Position numbers and translations under genes: made by a program. Below the pieces are notes generated by a model. That model was not told where the DNA came from, did no database searches, and worked only from the letters and a program-made list of their open reading frames with translations. Below are positions 28,349 through 38,138 of a DNA stretch of 64,000 nt, piece after piece. Position 1 is the stretch's first letter; each line of letters starts with the position of its first letter. The DNA lies in NCBI GenBank assembly GCA_035281845.1, contig DATEVL010000082.1, positions 12,728 to 76,727 of the forward strand, given 5' to 3'. Origin of the DNA: Anaerolineales bacterium. Lineage in GTDB: Bacteria > Chloroflexota > Anaerolineae > Anaerolineales > E44-bin32.

Positions 28349-29184
28349 GTCGGGAGTTCCTGACCCTAGATGACATCGAGATGGCGACGGCTGCGATCCG
28401 CGAAAGGACGAAACTGCAGCCTCGCCTCGGGATGATTCTCGGCTCCGGACTCGGCCCTTTGGCGGACGATATCCAGGAGGCCACGCGCCTGGAAGGCCGC
28501 GAGATTCCGGGCTGGCCGGCGGCCTCCATCGCCGGTCACGCTGGGCGGATTCATATGGGGATCCTCGAGGGCCAACCGGTGATCGTCATGCAGGGCCGGG
28601 CGCATTTCTACGAAGGTCATTCGATGGCCCGTATCGGCCTCCCGGTGCGAGTCATGCAGCGGCTGGGGATCGAAATCCTGATCGTGACCAACGCTGCCGG
28701 CGGCGTCAATCCGGATTTCGTCCCGGGCGATCTGATGCTCATCACCGATCATCTCAATCTGATGGGGATGGCCGGACCGTCTCCGCTGCGCGGACCCAAT
28801 CTCGAGGAGTTCGGCCCGCGCTTCCCGGACATGAGCCAAGCCTACGATCGCCCCCTGCAAGCGTTGGCCCGCCAGGAGGCGAAGGCTGCCGGACTTGTGC
28901 TGCGGGAAGGTGTTTACTTCTGCTTGGCGGGTCCATCGTTCGAGACGCCCGCCGATTTGCGCTTCTTGCGGCTGGCCGGCGTGGACGCGGTCGGGATGTC
29001 GACGGTGCCTGAAGTGACCGTTGCCCGCCACGGTGGAACTCGTGTGCTCGGCGTCTCCGGCATCAGCAATAAGGCCAACCTCGACGGCGACACGGCGACG
29101 ACTCACGAGGAAGTGCTGCAGGCCGGCGAGCTGATCGCGCCGAAGCTCAGCGGACTGTTGCGCCGGGTCCTCCGCAAGCTGTGA
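28345..29184 (+). CDS. punA: Purine nucleoside phosphorylase (trimeric PNP type)
   Basis: ILGSGLG, GHAG, QGRAHFYEG, TNAAGG, GPSFETPA, AVGMSTVPE, SN, HEEVL. Confidence 0.95.
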   Translation: MSREFLTLDDIEMATAAIRERTKLQPRLGMILGSGLGPLADDIQEATRLEGREIPGWPAASIAGHAGRIHMGILEGQPVIVMQGRAHFYEGHSMARIGLPVRVMQRLGIEILIVTNAAGGVNPDFVPGDLMLITDHLNLMGMAGPSPLRGPNLEEFGPRFPDMSQAYDRPLQALARQEAKAAGLVLREGVYFCLAGPSFETPADLRFLRLAGVDAVGMSTVPEVTVARHGGTRVLGVSGISNKANLDGDTATTHEEVLQAGELIAPKLSGLLRRVLRKL

Positions 29185-29197
29185 TTTCCTCCGCGGG

Positions 29198-29893
29198 ATG
29201 GACGAAGCGCTGCTTCTCATTCAGGCCTATCAGACGTGGATCTTCCTGGTCCTGGCGCTGGCCTTCCTCCTTTACGCTCGGAGCGCGGCCGGCTGGTGGC
29301 GCGCCGAGCGTCTGGCCGAGTTCGGGCTGGAACGCGAGCGCGCCCGCCGCGGATGGACCCGTTCGGCGGGGATGGCGATCGCCGTCACCGGCGTCGGCGT
29401 GCTGACATTCTTGGTGGCGACTCTCCTCAGCCCGGCCGTGCCGGCCGCGTTTCGCCCGACGCCGCTTCCCACGGTGTCCCTCCTTGCGACTCCATCCACT
29501 CTTGTTCCTGAGTCGACGGGTCCGGCGGCGACCGCCTTGCCCGAGGCCGCCCTCGACTCGAGCGGCTGCCTCAACCCGGCGGCGACCCTGATCTTCCCGG
29601 AAGAGGGGAGCGAGCTGGGCGGGATGGTGACGATCCTCGGGTCGGCTTCCATTGCCAACTTCGCCTTTTACAAATACGAGTACATTCCGTTGGCGGCCGG
29701 AAGTCCGGCTCCAGGTGCCGTTTGGCGGGCCATTTCGGCCGGCACCGAGCCCAGAATGGACTCCGACCTCGGGTCTTGGGACACGACCTTGGTGAACCCC
29801 GGCGATTACGGTTTCCGCCTCGTGGTGACCGACACGGCCGGCAACGCGCCGCTCCCCTGCGTTCGCCGGGTTCGGGTCTTGCCCGGTGGATAA
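29198..29893 (+). CDS. Hypothetical membrane protein with a C-terminal Ig-like domain
   Basis: Two TMs, a P/T-rich linker, then FAFYKYEY...LGSWDTT..NPGDYGFRLVVTDTAGN. Confidence 0.75.
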   Translation: MDEALLLIQAYQTWIFLVLALAFLLYARSAAGWWRAERLAEFGLERERARRGWTRSAGMAIAVTGVGVLTFLVATLLSPAVPAAFRPTPLPTVSLLATPSTLVPESTGPAATALPEAALDSSGCLNPAATLIFPEEGSELGGMVTILGSASIANFAFYKYEYIPLAAGSPAPGAVWRAISAGTEPRMDSDLGSWDTTLVNPGDYGFRLVVTDTAGNAPLPCVRRVRVLPGG

Positions 29894-29924
29894 GGCCAAC
29901 CGCGGGCCAGGCCCGACACCCGCC

Positions 29925-30482
29925 ATGGAACCCTTCGTGATCCGCCAGGCTGTCTCGACGGATGTCCCGAGGTTGATGGAGTTCGATCACTCCTATAGCA
30001 CCGACCACGTCTGGCAGATGTCGCTCCAGCCTGTGTCGCCCGGCGTGGAAGTGGCGTTTCGAGAAGTCCGCTTGCCCCGCCCGATGCGCGTCGACTATCC
30101 GAGGCGGGTCGAACGCCTGGCCGACGAATGGACCGAGCGGACGGCCCTGTTTGTCGGCGAGATCGACGAGCGACTGGCGGGCTACGTGGCCCTGGCGTCG
30201 GCACCGGCGCCCGATGCGCTCTGGGTCACCGACTTGGCGGTGGAACCGGTCTTCCGCCGACAAGGGCTGGGCCGTCGATTGCTTGGGGAGGCGATCGGCT
30301 GGGGGCGAGCCCGCCAGCAGGCCCGATTGTTCCTGGAAATGCAGAGCAAGAACTTTCCGGCGATTCAGCTGGCGCAGAAGATGGGGTTCGTCTTCTCGGG
30401 GTACAGCGACTTCTTCTACCCCAACGAAGACATCAGCCTGTTCTTCAGCTTCGACTTGGTGTCCCGTTCTGTAAATAGCTGA
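29925..30482 (+). CDS. GNAT family N-acetyltransferase
   Basis: VTDLAVEPVFRRQGLGRRLL, LEMQSKNFPAI..AQKMGF. Start may be 29886. Confidence 0.9.
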   Translation: MEPFVIRQAVSTDVPRLMEFDHSYSTDHVWQMSLQPVSPGVEVAFREVRLPRPMRVDYPRRVERLADEWTERTALFVGEIDERLAGYVALASAPAPDALWVTDLAVEPVFRRQGLGRRLLGEAIGWGRARQQARLFLEMQSKNFPAIQLAQKMGFVFSGYSDFFYPNEDISLFFSFDLVSRSVNS

Positions 30483-30642
30483 AACGTTGTCGGCATAGAT
30501 TGACCACCTGATGCAACACTGCAACCTTGCTCCGGGACCCCAGGGTGTCGACCCCCACGCCCGCCTCGAACCGTTCCGAGGTGGAAGGCCTTCGTCGACC
30601 TCCCTCCGGAACGGGACACGGGGTTGAGAGCGGCGCTCCGCC

Positions 30643-32550
30643 ATGGACCTGCTGACCAACATCCTGCGTGTGGTCAACGAAATCCTGGTCGCCGGCAATG
30701 CCATCACCGCGCTGGCCCTGCTGCTGTACGCGCTGACCTTCAACCTGCGCGACCGCGTCGCCCGCACCTTTGCCCTGATCATGGGCTGCGTCGCCATCAT
30801 CGGTCTGACCGACGTGTTGGCCGCTACCACCGTCGGGGCGCAAGAGATCGAGGCCTGGCTCCGGCTGCAATGGCTCGGCATCGCCTTCCTCCCGGCGACG
30901 TACCTGCACTTCAGCGATGCTCTGTTGGAGGCGACGGGAAGACCCTCGCGCGGCCGCCGCTTCTGGGCCGTTCGAGTGGCGTATGCCTTGGGCTTGGTGA
31001 GCTTCCTCATCGCCGCCCGACCCGACCTGCTTCTGGCCAACCTCGGCGAAGCCGGAGGTGTTCCGCATCTTACGGCCGGTCTGTGGTTCCCGGCCTTTCT
31101 CGCCTTCTTCTTCGCCGCATTGGGGATCGTCGCCAGCAGCTTGTGGCGCGCCTACCAGCGTTGCCGAACACGCACCAGCCGGCGCCGAATGCGGTACTTG
31201 ATGCTCGGTGCCGCCGGGCCGGTCCTGATCGCCTATCCGTTCCTGACCGCCGGAGGCCCCTTCCTGTTGCAGTGGCCGTTGGTGTTCTGGACGACGCAGA
31301 CCCTGATCAACATTCTGGTCGCGGTTCAGATGGTGCTGATGGCCTACTCGGTGGCGTACTACGGGATCAGCTATCCCGACCGGGTGGTCAAGAGCCGGCT
31401 GTTCCAGTGGATCCTGCGGGGACCGGTGGTGGCGTCGACCGTCCTGGCGGTGTCGGTCGTGGTCAATCGGATTGCGCTGCTGATGGGGACCGAGCAAAGC
31501 CGGTTGGTGCCGATCGCCATGGTCTCGACTCTCCTGTTGCTCCAATTCGCCATCACTCTGTTTCGGCCGTCGATCGAACGCTGGTTATTCTACGGCGAAG
31601 ACCGGCAAGACATCAGCCGCCTGCATCTCCTGGAAGAGAGATTGCTGACTTCCGGCGACTTGCGGCAGTTCCTCGAGGCGATTCTGAACGCTGTGAGCGA
31701 CGTCGCCGGGGCCTCGTCGGCCTTTCTGGCCCTGATGGCGGATGGGCGGGTGGACCTGGAAGTGGCCGTGGGGCCCGATGACCCGCTGCAGGAGATCGGA
31801 CAGCTACCCCCGACGCTGGCCGACTCGCAGCGGAGCGAACTCCCCGAGCTCGGCCCCGTGTTCGCCTGGGACTCGTATTGGCTGATTCCTTTGCACCAGC
31901 CGGGAGGCTCAGAAATCATCGGCCTGCTCGGGATTCGAGCGATAGCCTTGGAAGAGGGCTTGCCGCCCGAGTCGGCGTCGGCACTGAAGGTGCTATCGGA
32001 GCGCGCCTCCTTCGCCATCGCCGAGCGACTGCTACAGCGTGAAGTCTTCAGCGCCGTCGACCGGCTTGTGCCACAGGCCGAGGAGGTCCAACGGCTGCGA
32101 GCTGTGGGCCGCTATGCCGGCTCCGACCTGCTACAAGGCGAACCGGAGCTGCAGGCGGAGGCGGATCTCGCGCACATGGTGCGCGACGCTCTGACCCACT
32201 ATTGGGGCGGCCCGCGCCTGACCCGCAGCCCGTTGCTCCGCCTGCGCATCGTGCAGGAGGCGATGGCCCAGAACAATGGGAATGCCGTGAACGCTCTGCG
32301 ATCGGTCCTCTCCCGCGGGGTCGAACGAGTCCGCCCGAGCGGTGATCGCCGCTTCACCGGGGAGTGGATGCTGTACAACATCCTCGAGATGAAGTTCCTT
32401 GAGGGCCGAAAAGTGCGCGACGTCGCGTTGCGTCTGGCGATGTCGGAAGCCGACCTGTACCGCAAGCAGCGGGTGGCGATCGAGGCGGTGGCGGCGGCAA
32501 TCTCGCAGATGGAACAGGAAGCCGCCGCACGCGCCGCCAGAAACCAGTGA
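30643..32550 (+). CDS. HisKA_7TM-like membrane sensor with a GAF-like middle region and C-terminal HTH, no kinase domain
   Basis: WLRLQWLGIAFLPATYLHFS within a multi-TM N-terminus, LIPLH...IIGLLGI, and YNILEMKFLEGRKVRDVALRLAMSEADLYRKQR. Confidence 0.75.
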   Translation: MDLLTNILRVVNEILVAGNAITALALLLYALTFNLRDRVARTFALIMGCVAIIGLTDVLAATTVGAQEIEAWLRLQWLGIAFLPATYLHFSDALLEATGRPSRGRRFWAVRVAYALGLVSFLIAARPDLLLANLGEAGGVPHLTAGLWFPAFLAFFFAALGIVASSLWRAYQRCRTRTSRRRMRYLMLGAAGPVLIAYPFLTAGGPFLLQWPLVFWTTQTLINILVAVQMVLMAYSVAYYGISYPDRVVKSRLFQWILRGPVVASTVLAVSVVVNRIALLMGTEQSRLVPIAMVSTLLLLQFAITLFRPSIERWLFYGEDRQDISRLHLLEERLLTSGDLRQFLEAILNAVSDVAGASSAFLALMADGRVDLEVAVGPDDPLQEIGQLPPTLADSQRSELPELGPVFAWDSYWLIPLHQPGGSEIIGLLGIRAIALEEGLPPESASALKVLSERASFAIAERLLQREVFSAVDRLVPQAEEVQRLRAVGRYAGSDLLQGEPELQAEADLAHMVRDALTHYWGGPRLTRSPLLRLRIVQEAMAQNNGNAVNALRSVLSRGVERVRPSGDRRFTGEWMLYNILEMKFLEGRKVRDVALRLAMSEADLYRKQRVAIEAVAAAISQMEQEAAARAARNQ

Positions 32551-32660
32551 CGAGTGATCGGTGATCAGTGACGAGTGACCGGTGATCGGTGATCAGCGCC
32601 CACTGTTCACTGATCACTGATTACTGATCACTGATTACTGATCGCTGGCAACTGGTCACT
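32547..32660. repeat. Head-to-head heptamer arrays (GTGATCR)n/(CTGATCA)n forming a long imperfect hairpin
   Basis: 7 forward units and about 8 complementary units, starting at the stop codon of the upstream gene. Confidence 0.9.
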
Positions 32661-32767
32661 AGTCTCTTCGAAGGAGCTCGCGCGCGGACGGCATCATCTT
32701 GCATCCCAGCCTGTTTCGGGTATGCTAACCACGATTCAAGGGGTGCTCGGATCAGGGAGAGGTAACC

Positions 32768-33748
32768 GTGAGCACGCCAGCGACACGTGACGAGGCGGGT
32801 GACGCACCGCCGCCTCCAGACGAGAGTTGGTGGCAGTCGGTCTACCGCGACGAGGTGCGGCGCTCCGCGGAGGATGTCGCCTGGCCGCCCTCGCCCAAGC
32901 CCCAGGTCGAGGTCGGGTCGCCCGCCGACTGGCAATGGGCCCGGCAGGTCTACGAAGGCGACGACCTCGTTGATCTCCCGGTCGTGGGTTACAACCGAGG
33001 CGGTCTGCTCGTTCAGGCCCAGGGCATGCGCGGCTTCGTGCCGCTTTCGCATGTCCTCGAATTGTGCCGAGAGACGAACACGACTCACATGCCGGACCTG
33101 GAACGTTTCGTCGGGAGGACGCTGCGCCTGCGCGTCATCGAGTTCGATCCCCCGCGCGGCCGCCTGGTGCTTTCTGAGCGTGCAGCGCAGGCGGCGCCCG
33201 GCCGGCGCTGGGAACTTCTACGCTGCCTGCAGCCGGGCGAACGAGTGACCGGAGTCGTGTCCAACCTGACCCCGTTCGGTGCCTTCGTCGATCTGGGCGG
33301 TGTCGAGGGACTGATCCACGTCTCGGAGATTTCGTGGGGCCGCGTACGCCACCCGGCCGACGTCCTTTGCCTTGGACAGCCGATCGAGGCAGCCGTCCTT
33401 TCCACCGATCCGGACCTCGGCCGGATTGCCCTCAGCCTCAAGGCGCTCCGACCCGATCCTTGGGCAACGCTGGGCAGCCGCCTGCGGATCGGCGACGTCG
33501 TGGAAGGAACCGCGACGAGCGTCGTCAGGTTCGGCGTTTTCGTCGAAATCGAAGACGGTGTCGAGGGACTGCTGCATGTTTCCGAGATCGACTCGGGAGG
33601 CGTGGCTCGCCCGTCGGAGCTCCTTCGTGAGGGGGACCGTCTGCGGGTTCGTGTGATTCGCCTCGAGCCGTCCAACCGGAAGTTGGGGCTCAGCTTGCGC
33701 GACTTGGTTGCCACGCGCTCGGGCGAGGCTTCGGCCGAGACGGCCTGA
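32768..33748 (+). CDS. S1 RNA-binding domain protein (three S1 repeats, rpsA-like)
   Basis: NRGGLLV...RGFVPLSH, FGAFVDLGGVEGLIHVSEISW, FGVFVEIEDGVEGLLHVSEI. Confidence 0.92.
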   Translation: MSTPATRDEAGDAPPPPDESWWQSVYRDEVRRSAEDVAWPPSPKPQVEVGSPADWQWARQVYEGDDLVDLPVVGYNRGGLLVQAQGMRGFVPLSHVLELCRETNTTHMPDLERFVGRTLRLRVIEFDPPRGRLVLSERAAQAAPGRRWELLRCLQPGERVTGVVSNLTPFGAFVDLGGVEGLIHVSEISWGRVRHPADVLCLGQPIEAAVLSTDPDLGRIALSLKALRPDPWATLGSRLRIGDVVEGTATSVVRFGVFVEIEDGVEGLLHVSEIDSGGVARPSELLREGDRLRVRVIRLEPSNRKLGLSLRDLVATRSGEASAETA

Positions 33749-33804
33749 CCCGTCATGATGACCGTCCGAAAGGAGCCCGGCGCCTCGGCGCAAGGCCACA
33801 CGGG

Positions 33805-36054
33805 GTGACAAAAGGCCGGGCCGCCCAACCCAAGGAACCCTCTCGGCCTCCGCGCCGCCCCGCGGCGGGCGGCCAAGCGTGGGACATCGCCGGCTGGCTG
33901 CGCGAGCATGGCGACGATGCCGCCGCCCTGGCACTGGGCGTGGCGTCCCTCATTACGATCCTTGGGATGCTCGGGTTGACTCAAGGCGCCCTGGTGGACG
34001 CGTGGGTGGTTGCCCAGCAGCGTTGGCTCGGCTGGTTCTCCCCGATTCTCCCGATAACGATGATGATCGGCGTCGTGGCGCTGGGGCGCCGCCGGCTGGG
34101 GATTCCCTGGGAGATCCCCTGGGTGCGAATTGTCGCTCTGGAAATCGCGCTCTTCGCCGCCATGGGCGGGCTAGCGCTCGCCGCGGACTACTCATTGGCG
34201 GAAAGCGAGTCCGGGCAGGGCGGAGGCCTGATCGGGTGGGGAGTCGGCGCGCTGGCGGGCGGGGTGCTTGGCCGCTGGGGTGGTCTGGCCGTCCTCCTCG
34301 GCTTGGTAGCGGCCGCTATCGCCCTCGCCGCACGCACGCCGAGTGTTGTCTCCGGCAGGGCCTCGACCGCGCGGCGTGACGAGCGGGTCGAGGCAGATGC
34401 GGAATGGCTGCCCGAACCGGAGCCGCTGGCGGCCCTCGCGGCTGAGGCAGACGACAAGACGGAGGCCCGAGCCGGGACGGTCCGACCGAGGAAACCGGAA
34501 GAAGCGCGATCTCGTCCGGCCACGCGTCCCGCCGCCTCTCCGAGGACCTCCGGCGCTCGTTGGGACCGCGACAAACGCCTCCCTCCCCTCGATTTGTTGG
34601 ACCGGGTCGAAACTCGGCGAGCGACGTCCAAAGAGATCCAACAAATGTCCGGCGTCATCGAGCGGACCTTGGCCGACTTCGGGCTGCCGGCGCGCGTGAT
34701 CGATCATCGGACCGGGCCCTCCGTGACCCAGTTCGCCGTCGAACCCGGATACATCGAGCAGGCCGGCGCTGACGGCCACGTCCGCCGGCAGAAGGTTCGC
34801 GTTTCACAGATCTCGGGGCTGGCCGATGATCTGACCCTGGCCCTTTCAGCGCCGGCCATCCGGGTGGAAGCCCCCGTCCCCGGGCAGGCCTACGTCGGCA
34901 TCGAGGTCCCCCATCGCCGGCCGGCCCTGGTCAGCCTGCGGGCGGTCATGGAATCCGAGTCGTTCCAGAAGGTCGGATCGCCGCTGGCAATCGCGCTGGG
35001 ACGGGATGTCGCCGGCGAGGCCGTCTCGGCCGACCTGGTGGGGATGCCGCACTTGCTCATCGCCGGCACGACCGGATCGGGGAAGTCGGTCCTGATGACG
35101 TCTGTGGCCGCCTGCCTGCTCTTCAACAACACGCCCGCCGACCTACAGATGGTCCTGATCGATCCGAAGATGGTCGAGCTGGTGCGGTTCAACGGCGTTC
35201 CCCACCTGATGGGGAAGGTCGAGACCGAGCTGAATCGGATCGTCGTCGTCCTGCGCTGGTGCACGCAGGAGATGGACCATCGCTATCGAGAGCTCGAGCG
35301 CGAAGGGGCTCGCGATCTGGAGGCCTACAATCGCAAGCTGCGCCGTCGACGCGACGGCCGACCGCTGCCGCGGGTGGTCGTCCTGATCGATGAGCTGGCC
35401 GACCTGATGATGATGGCGCCCGATCAGACGGAACGGACACTGGTGCGGCTGGCCCAAATGGGGCGTGCCACTGGGATCCACCTGGTCGTGGCGACGCAGC
35501 GCCCGAGCACGGATATCGTCACTGGGTTGATCAAAGCCAACTTCCCGGCCCGTATTTCGTTCGCCGTCCCCTCCATGGTCGATTCGCGCGTGATCCTGGA
35601 TGGGGCGGGGGCCGAGACGTTGTTGGGGAAGGGGGACATGCTGTTCCTGTCCCCCGAGGCCAGCGCGCCGGTTCGCTTGCAGGGGGTGTTCGTCGGCGAC
35701 TCCGAAGTCGAGCGGCTGGTGGACTATTGGCGGGAGGCAGCCGAACCCGAGCCGACAGAAGCGGATGCCGCCCCTGCGCAGGCGCCGTGGGAGGACTTGA
35801 TCGCCCGCGCCGAATCCAGCGACGAGCAGGACGAAGTGCTCGAGCAAGCGATTGCGCTGGTGCGCAAGAGCGGCATGGCCAGCGCCTCCTTGCTGCAGCG
35901 CCGCCTGCGCATTGGCTACCCGCGCGCCGCGCGCCTGATGGACGAGCTGGAAGAGCTCGGAGTTGTCGGCCGCTCGCAAAGCGGCGGCAAGACGCGCGAG
36001 GTCTTGGTGCGAGAAGATGACGAGGAAGAGGAGTTCGACGAAGACGAAGCCTGA
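33805..36054 (+). CDS. ftsK: DNA translocase FtsK
   Basis: N-terminal TMs, GPSVTQF, MPHLLIAGTTGSGKS, IDPKMVEL, IDELADLMM, ATQRPS, gamma domain SASLLQRRLRIGYPRAARLMD. Confidence 0.97.
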   Translation: MTKGRAAQPKEPSRPPRRPAAGGQAWDIAGWLREHGDDAAALALGVASLITILGMLGLTQGALVDAWVVAQQRWLGWFSPILPITMMIGVVALGRRRLGIPWEIPWVRIVALEIALFAAMGGLALAADYSLAESESGQGGGLIGWGVGALAGGVLGRWGGLAVLLGLVAAAIALAARTPSVVSGRASTARRDERVEADAEWLPEPEPLAALAAEADDKTEARAGTVRPRKPEEARSRPATRPAASPRTSGARWDRDKRLPPLDLLDRVETRRATSKEIQQMSGVIERTLADFGLPARVIDHRTGPSVTQFAVEPGYIEQAGADGHVRRQKVRVSQISGLADDLTLALSAPAIRVEAPVPGQAYVGIEVPHRRPALVSLRAVMESESFQKVGSPLAIALGRDVAGEAVSADLVGMPHLLIAGTTGSGKSVLMTSVAACLLFNNTPADLQMVLIDPKMVELVRFNGVPHLMGKVETELNRIVVVLRWCTQEMDHRYRELEREGARDLEAYNRKLRRRRDGRPLPRVVVLIDELADLMMMAPDQTERTLVRLAQMGRATGIHLVVATQRPSTDIVTGLIKANFPARISFAVPSMVDSRVILDGAGAETLLGKGDMLFLSPEASAPVRLQGVFVGDSEVERLVDYWREAAEPEPTEADAAPAQAPWEDLIARAESSDEQDEVLEQAIALVRKSGMASASLLQRRLRIGYPRAARLMDELEELGVVGRSQSGGKTREVLVREDDEEEEFDEDEA

Positions 36055-36055
36055 C

Positions 36056-36243
36056 CAGTGGTCATTGTTCGGTGCTCAGAAACAAGCTGTCAGCGGTCAG
36101 CCGTCAGCTTTCAGCCAAGCCTTCTGATAACCATCAATCGCCAATCGCTAATCGCCAATCTCCAATCTCCAATCTCCACCCACCCTCACTATCAAACAAG
36201 ATCAACGGGCCTCTGACCACTCACCACCGCCCACTGACCACTC
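36056..36243. repeat. Composite heptamer array, an inverted relative of 5960-6127
   Basis: TGTCAGC/GGTCAGC, CCAATCT/CCAATCG and CTGACCA units, plus the shared 61-bp core. Confidence 0.9.
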
Positions 36244-36311
36244 TTGGTTGGCGCTTGACGTCTGATGCCGGCCGGGTTAGCATGTGACGATTCCCTTTCA
36301 GCGAGATCTCC

Positions 36312-36956
36312 ATGAGCGTCCATGAAGGCGTACAACCGGCCCAGCGGACCTTTTCCGACTACATGCGCCTGCGTTTCAAGGGGGTTCTCGACCCGGTAGC
36401 CGGTTTCCTGCTGCGACTCGGGCTGATGCCCAACACGATCACTTTGCTTGGGCTGGCCGGCAACGCCATCAGTATCATCTTCCTGGCGCGCGGCAACTTG
36501 CTCATCGGCGGTCTGCTGGTCCTGGTCATGGGCCCGATTGACGCGCTGGATGGCGCGATGGCGCGCCTGCGGGGGGAGGCGAGCGATTTCGGCGCCTTCG
36601 TCGATTCGGTGACCGACCGCTACTCGGAACTGCTCATCTACGCGGGGCTCATCTATTTCTTCCTGTTCTCGGGCCAGTCGGCGATGGTTGTTTTGAGTTT
36701 CGTCGCGGCAGCCGGCTCGGTGCTGGTTTCGTACGTCAAAGCCCGCGCCGAATCGCTCGGCTTCGAAGCCCGCGGTGGAATGCTGACCCGACTGGAGCGA
36801 TACTTAATCTTGGCGCCGGCGCTCGTCCTCACCGGTCTCGGCCTGACTCAGGCGGTCCTCGTCGGCGTCGGCCTGATCGCCATCCTGGCGAACGTGACCG
36901 CGCTGCAACGGATTCTCGCCGTCCGCCACCAGGCTCGGATGCGGTCCGGCGGGTAG
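36312..36956 (+). CDS. CDP-alcohol phosphatidyltransferase
   Basis: PNTITLLG, DALDGAMAR...GAFVDSVTDRYSE, VSYVKARAESLG. Confidence 0.94.
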   Translation: MSVHEGVQPAQRTFSDYMRLRFKGVLDPVAGFLLRLGLMPNTITLLGLAGNAISIIFLARGNLLIGGLLVLVMGPIDALDGAMARLRGEASDFGAFVDSVTDRYSELLIYAGLIYFFLFSGQSAMVVLSFVAAAGSVLVSYVKARAESLGFEARGGMLTRLERYLILAPALVLTGLGLTQAVLVGVGLIAILANVTALQRILAVRHQARMRSGG

Positions 36957-37021
36957 ACCGAGCCCATTCCCAGCGCAGGCGATGAATTGGCAGTCTCCAA
37001 TCCCTGGATAAGGGTTGCCCC

Positions 37022-37849
37022 ATGATCGATACCTACGGGATCCACATCGGTCCGCTGTATTTCCGTTTCTACGGGATCATCCTGATGCTGGGAGCACTGG
37101 CCGCGGCGATGGTCGCTCGCCGGATGATGCGCCGCGACGGACGCGACCCGGACCTGGTGTGGGATGCCTTGATGTGGGCGCTGGTCTTCGGCATCATCGG
37201 CGCCCGCCTGTACCACATCTTCACCCCGTCGGAGAGCCTGCGGGCGATGGGCATCGATACTGCGTACTATCTGACTCATCCGCTCGACATTTTGTTCACC
37301 TGGCGCGGCGGTCTGGGGATGCCCGGTGCGATCGTCGGCGGGCTCTTCGGCATGTACCTCTTCACCCACCGGCGCAAGATCTCGTTCGCCATGATGATCG
37401 ACTACGCCGCGCCGGGGTTGGCGCTGGCCCAAGCGATCGGCCGCTGGGGGAACTACGTCAACCAGGAACTGTACGGCCCGCCGACCGATCTCCCGTGGGG
37501 CATCTTCATTCGGCCGGAGAACCGGATGGCCGGCTATGAACTCTACGAGCGCTTTCATCCTCTCTTCCTTTACGAGAGCCTGTGGAATTTCGGACTGGCG
37601 CTGTTCTTGCTCTGGGTCTGGCGGCACTTCCGGGGACGCCTCCTGGCCGGCGACCTATTCTTGATCTACCTCATCGGATACCCGCTCGGTCGGTTCTTGC
37701 TGGAGTTTCTCCGCCTCGACTTCGTCCGCTCCTATGGGCTGAACTTCAACCAGGCGCTCATGTTGTTGACGGCGCTCGCCAGCGCGGCGGCTCTCATCAT
37801 CCGGCACCGCCGGGCGCGGCCTCCTGGCCACAAGGCCCAAAGGCACTAG
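37022..37849 (+). CDS. lgt: Prolipoprotein diacylglyceryl transferase
   Basis: RFYG, IIGARLYH, WRGGL, QAIGRWGNYVNQELYG, HPLFLYES, RFLLEFLR. Confidence 0.97.
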   Translation: MIDTYGIHIGPLYFRFYGIILMLGALAAAMVARRMMRRDGRDPDLVWDALMWALVFGIIGARLYHIFTPSESLRAMGIDTAYYLTHPLDILFTWRGGLGMPGAIVGGLFGMYLFTHRRKISFAMMIDYAAPGLALAQAIGRWGNYVNQELYGPPTDLPWGIFIRPENRMAGYELYERFHPLFLYESLWNFGLALFLLWVWRHFRGRLLAGDLFLIYLIGYPLGRFLLEFLRLDFVRSYGLNFNQALMLLTALASAAALIIRHRRARPPGHKAQRH

Positions 37850-38138
37850 TCCCCAGGCGCCGAGTGCGCCGGGCCCGGCCGGGCGCTTCGGAAACCAATT
37901 AGGCTCTTCGGCGAAATGCTCCGTTGAATCGAGGAGCAGCAAGCGGCAAGGCAGGCCCTTTGCCGCGCGGACCGCGACTCCACAGGCGCGGTTGTCCGGC
38001 GCGGGAGCCCGTAGGGGAATAGCGTCTTATTCTGTAGCCTGTCAGGCCTGACTCGACCAGGTGCCTGGGCGGGTGACTTCCTCTAGGAACCTCGGTCGAT
38101 GGTGCGGGCAAGGGTCAGACTGCTATAATCCCGCAACC

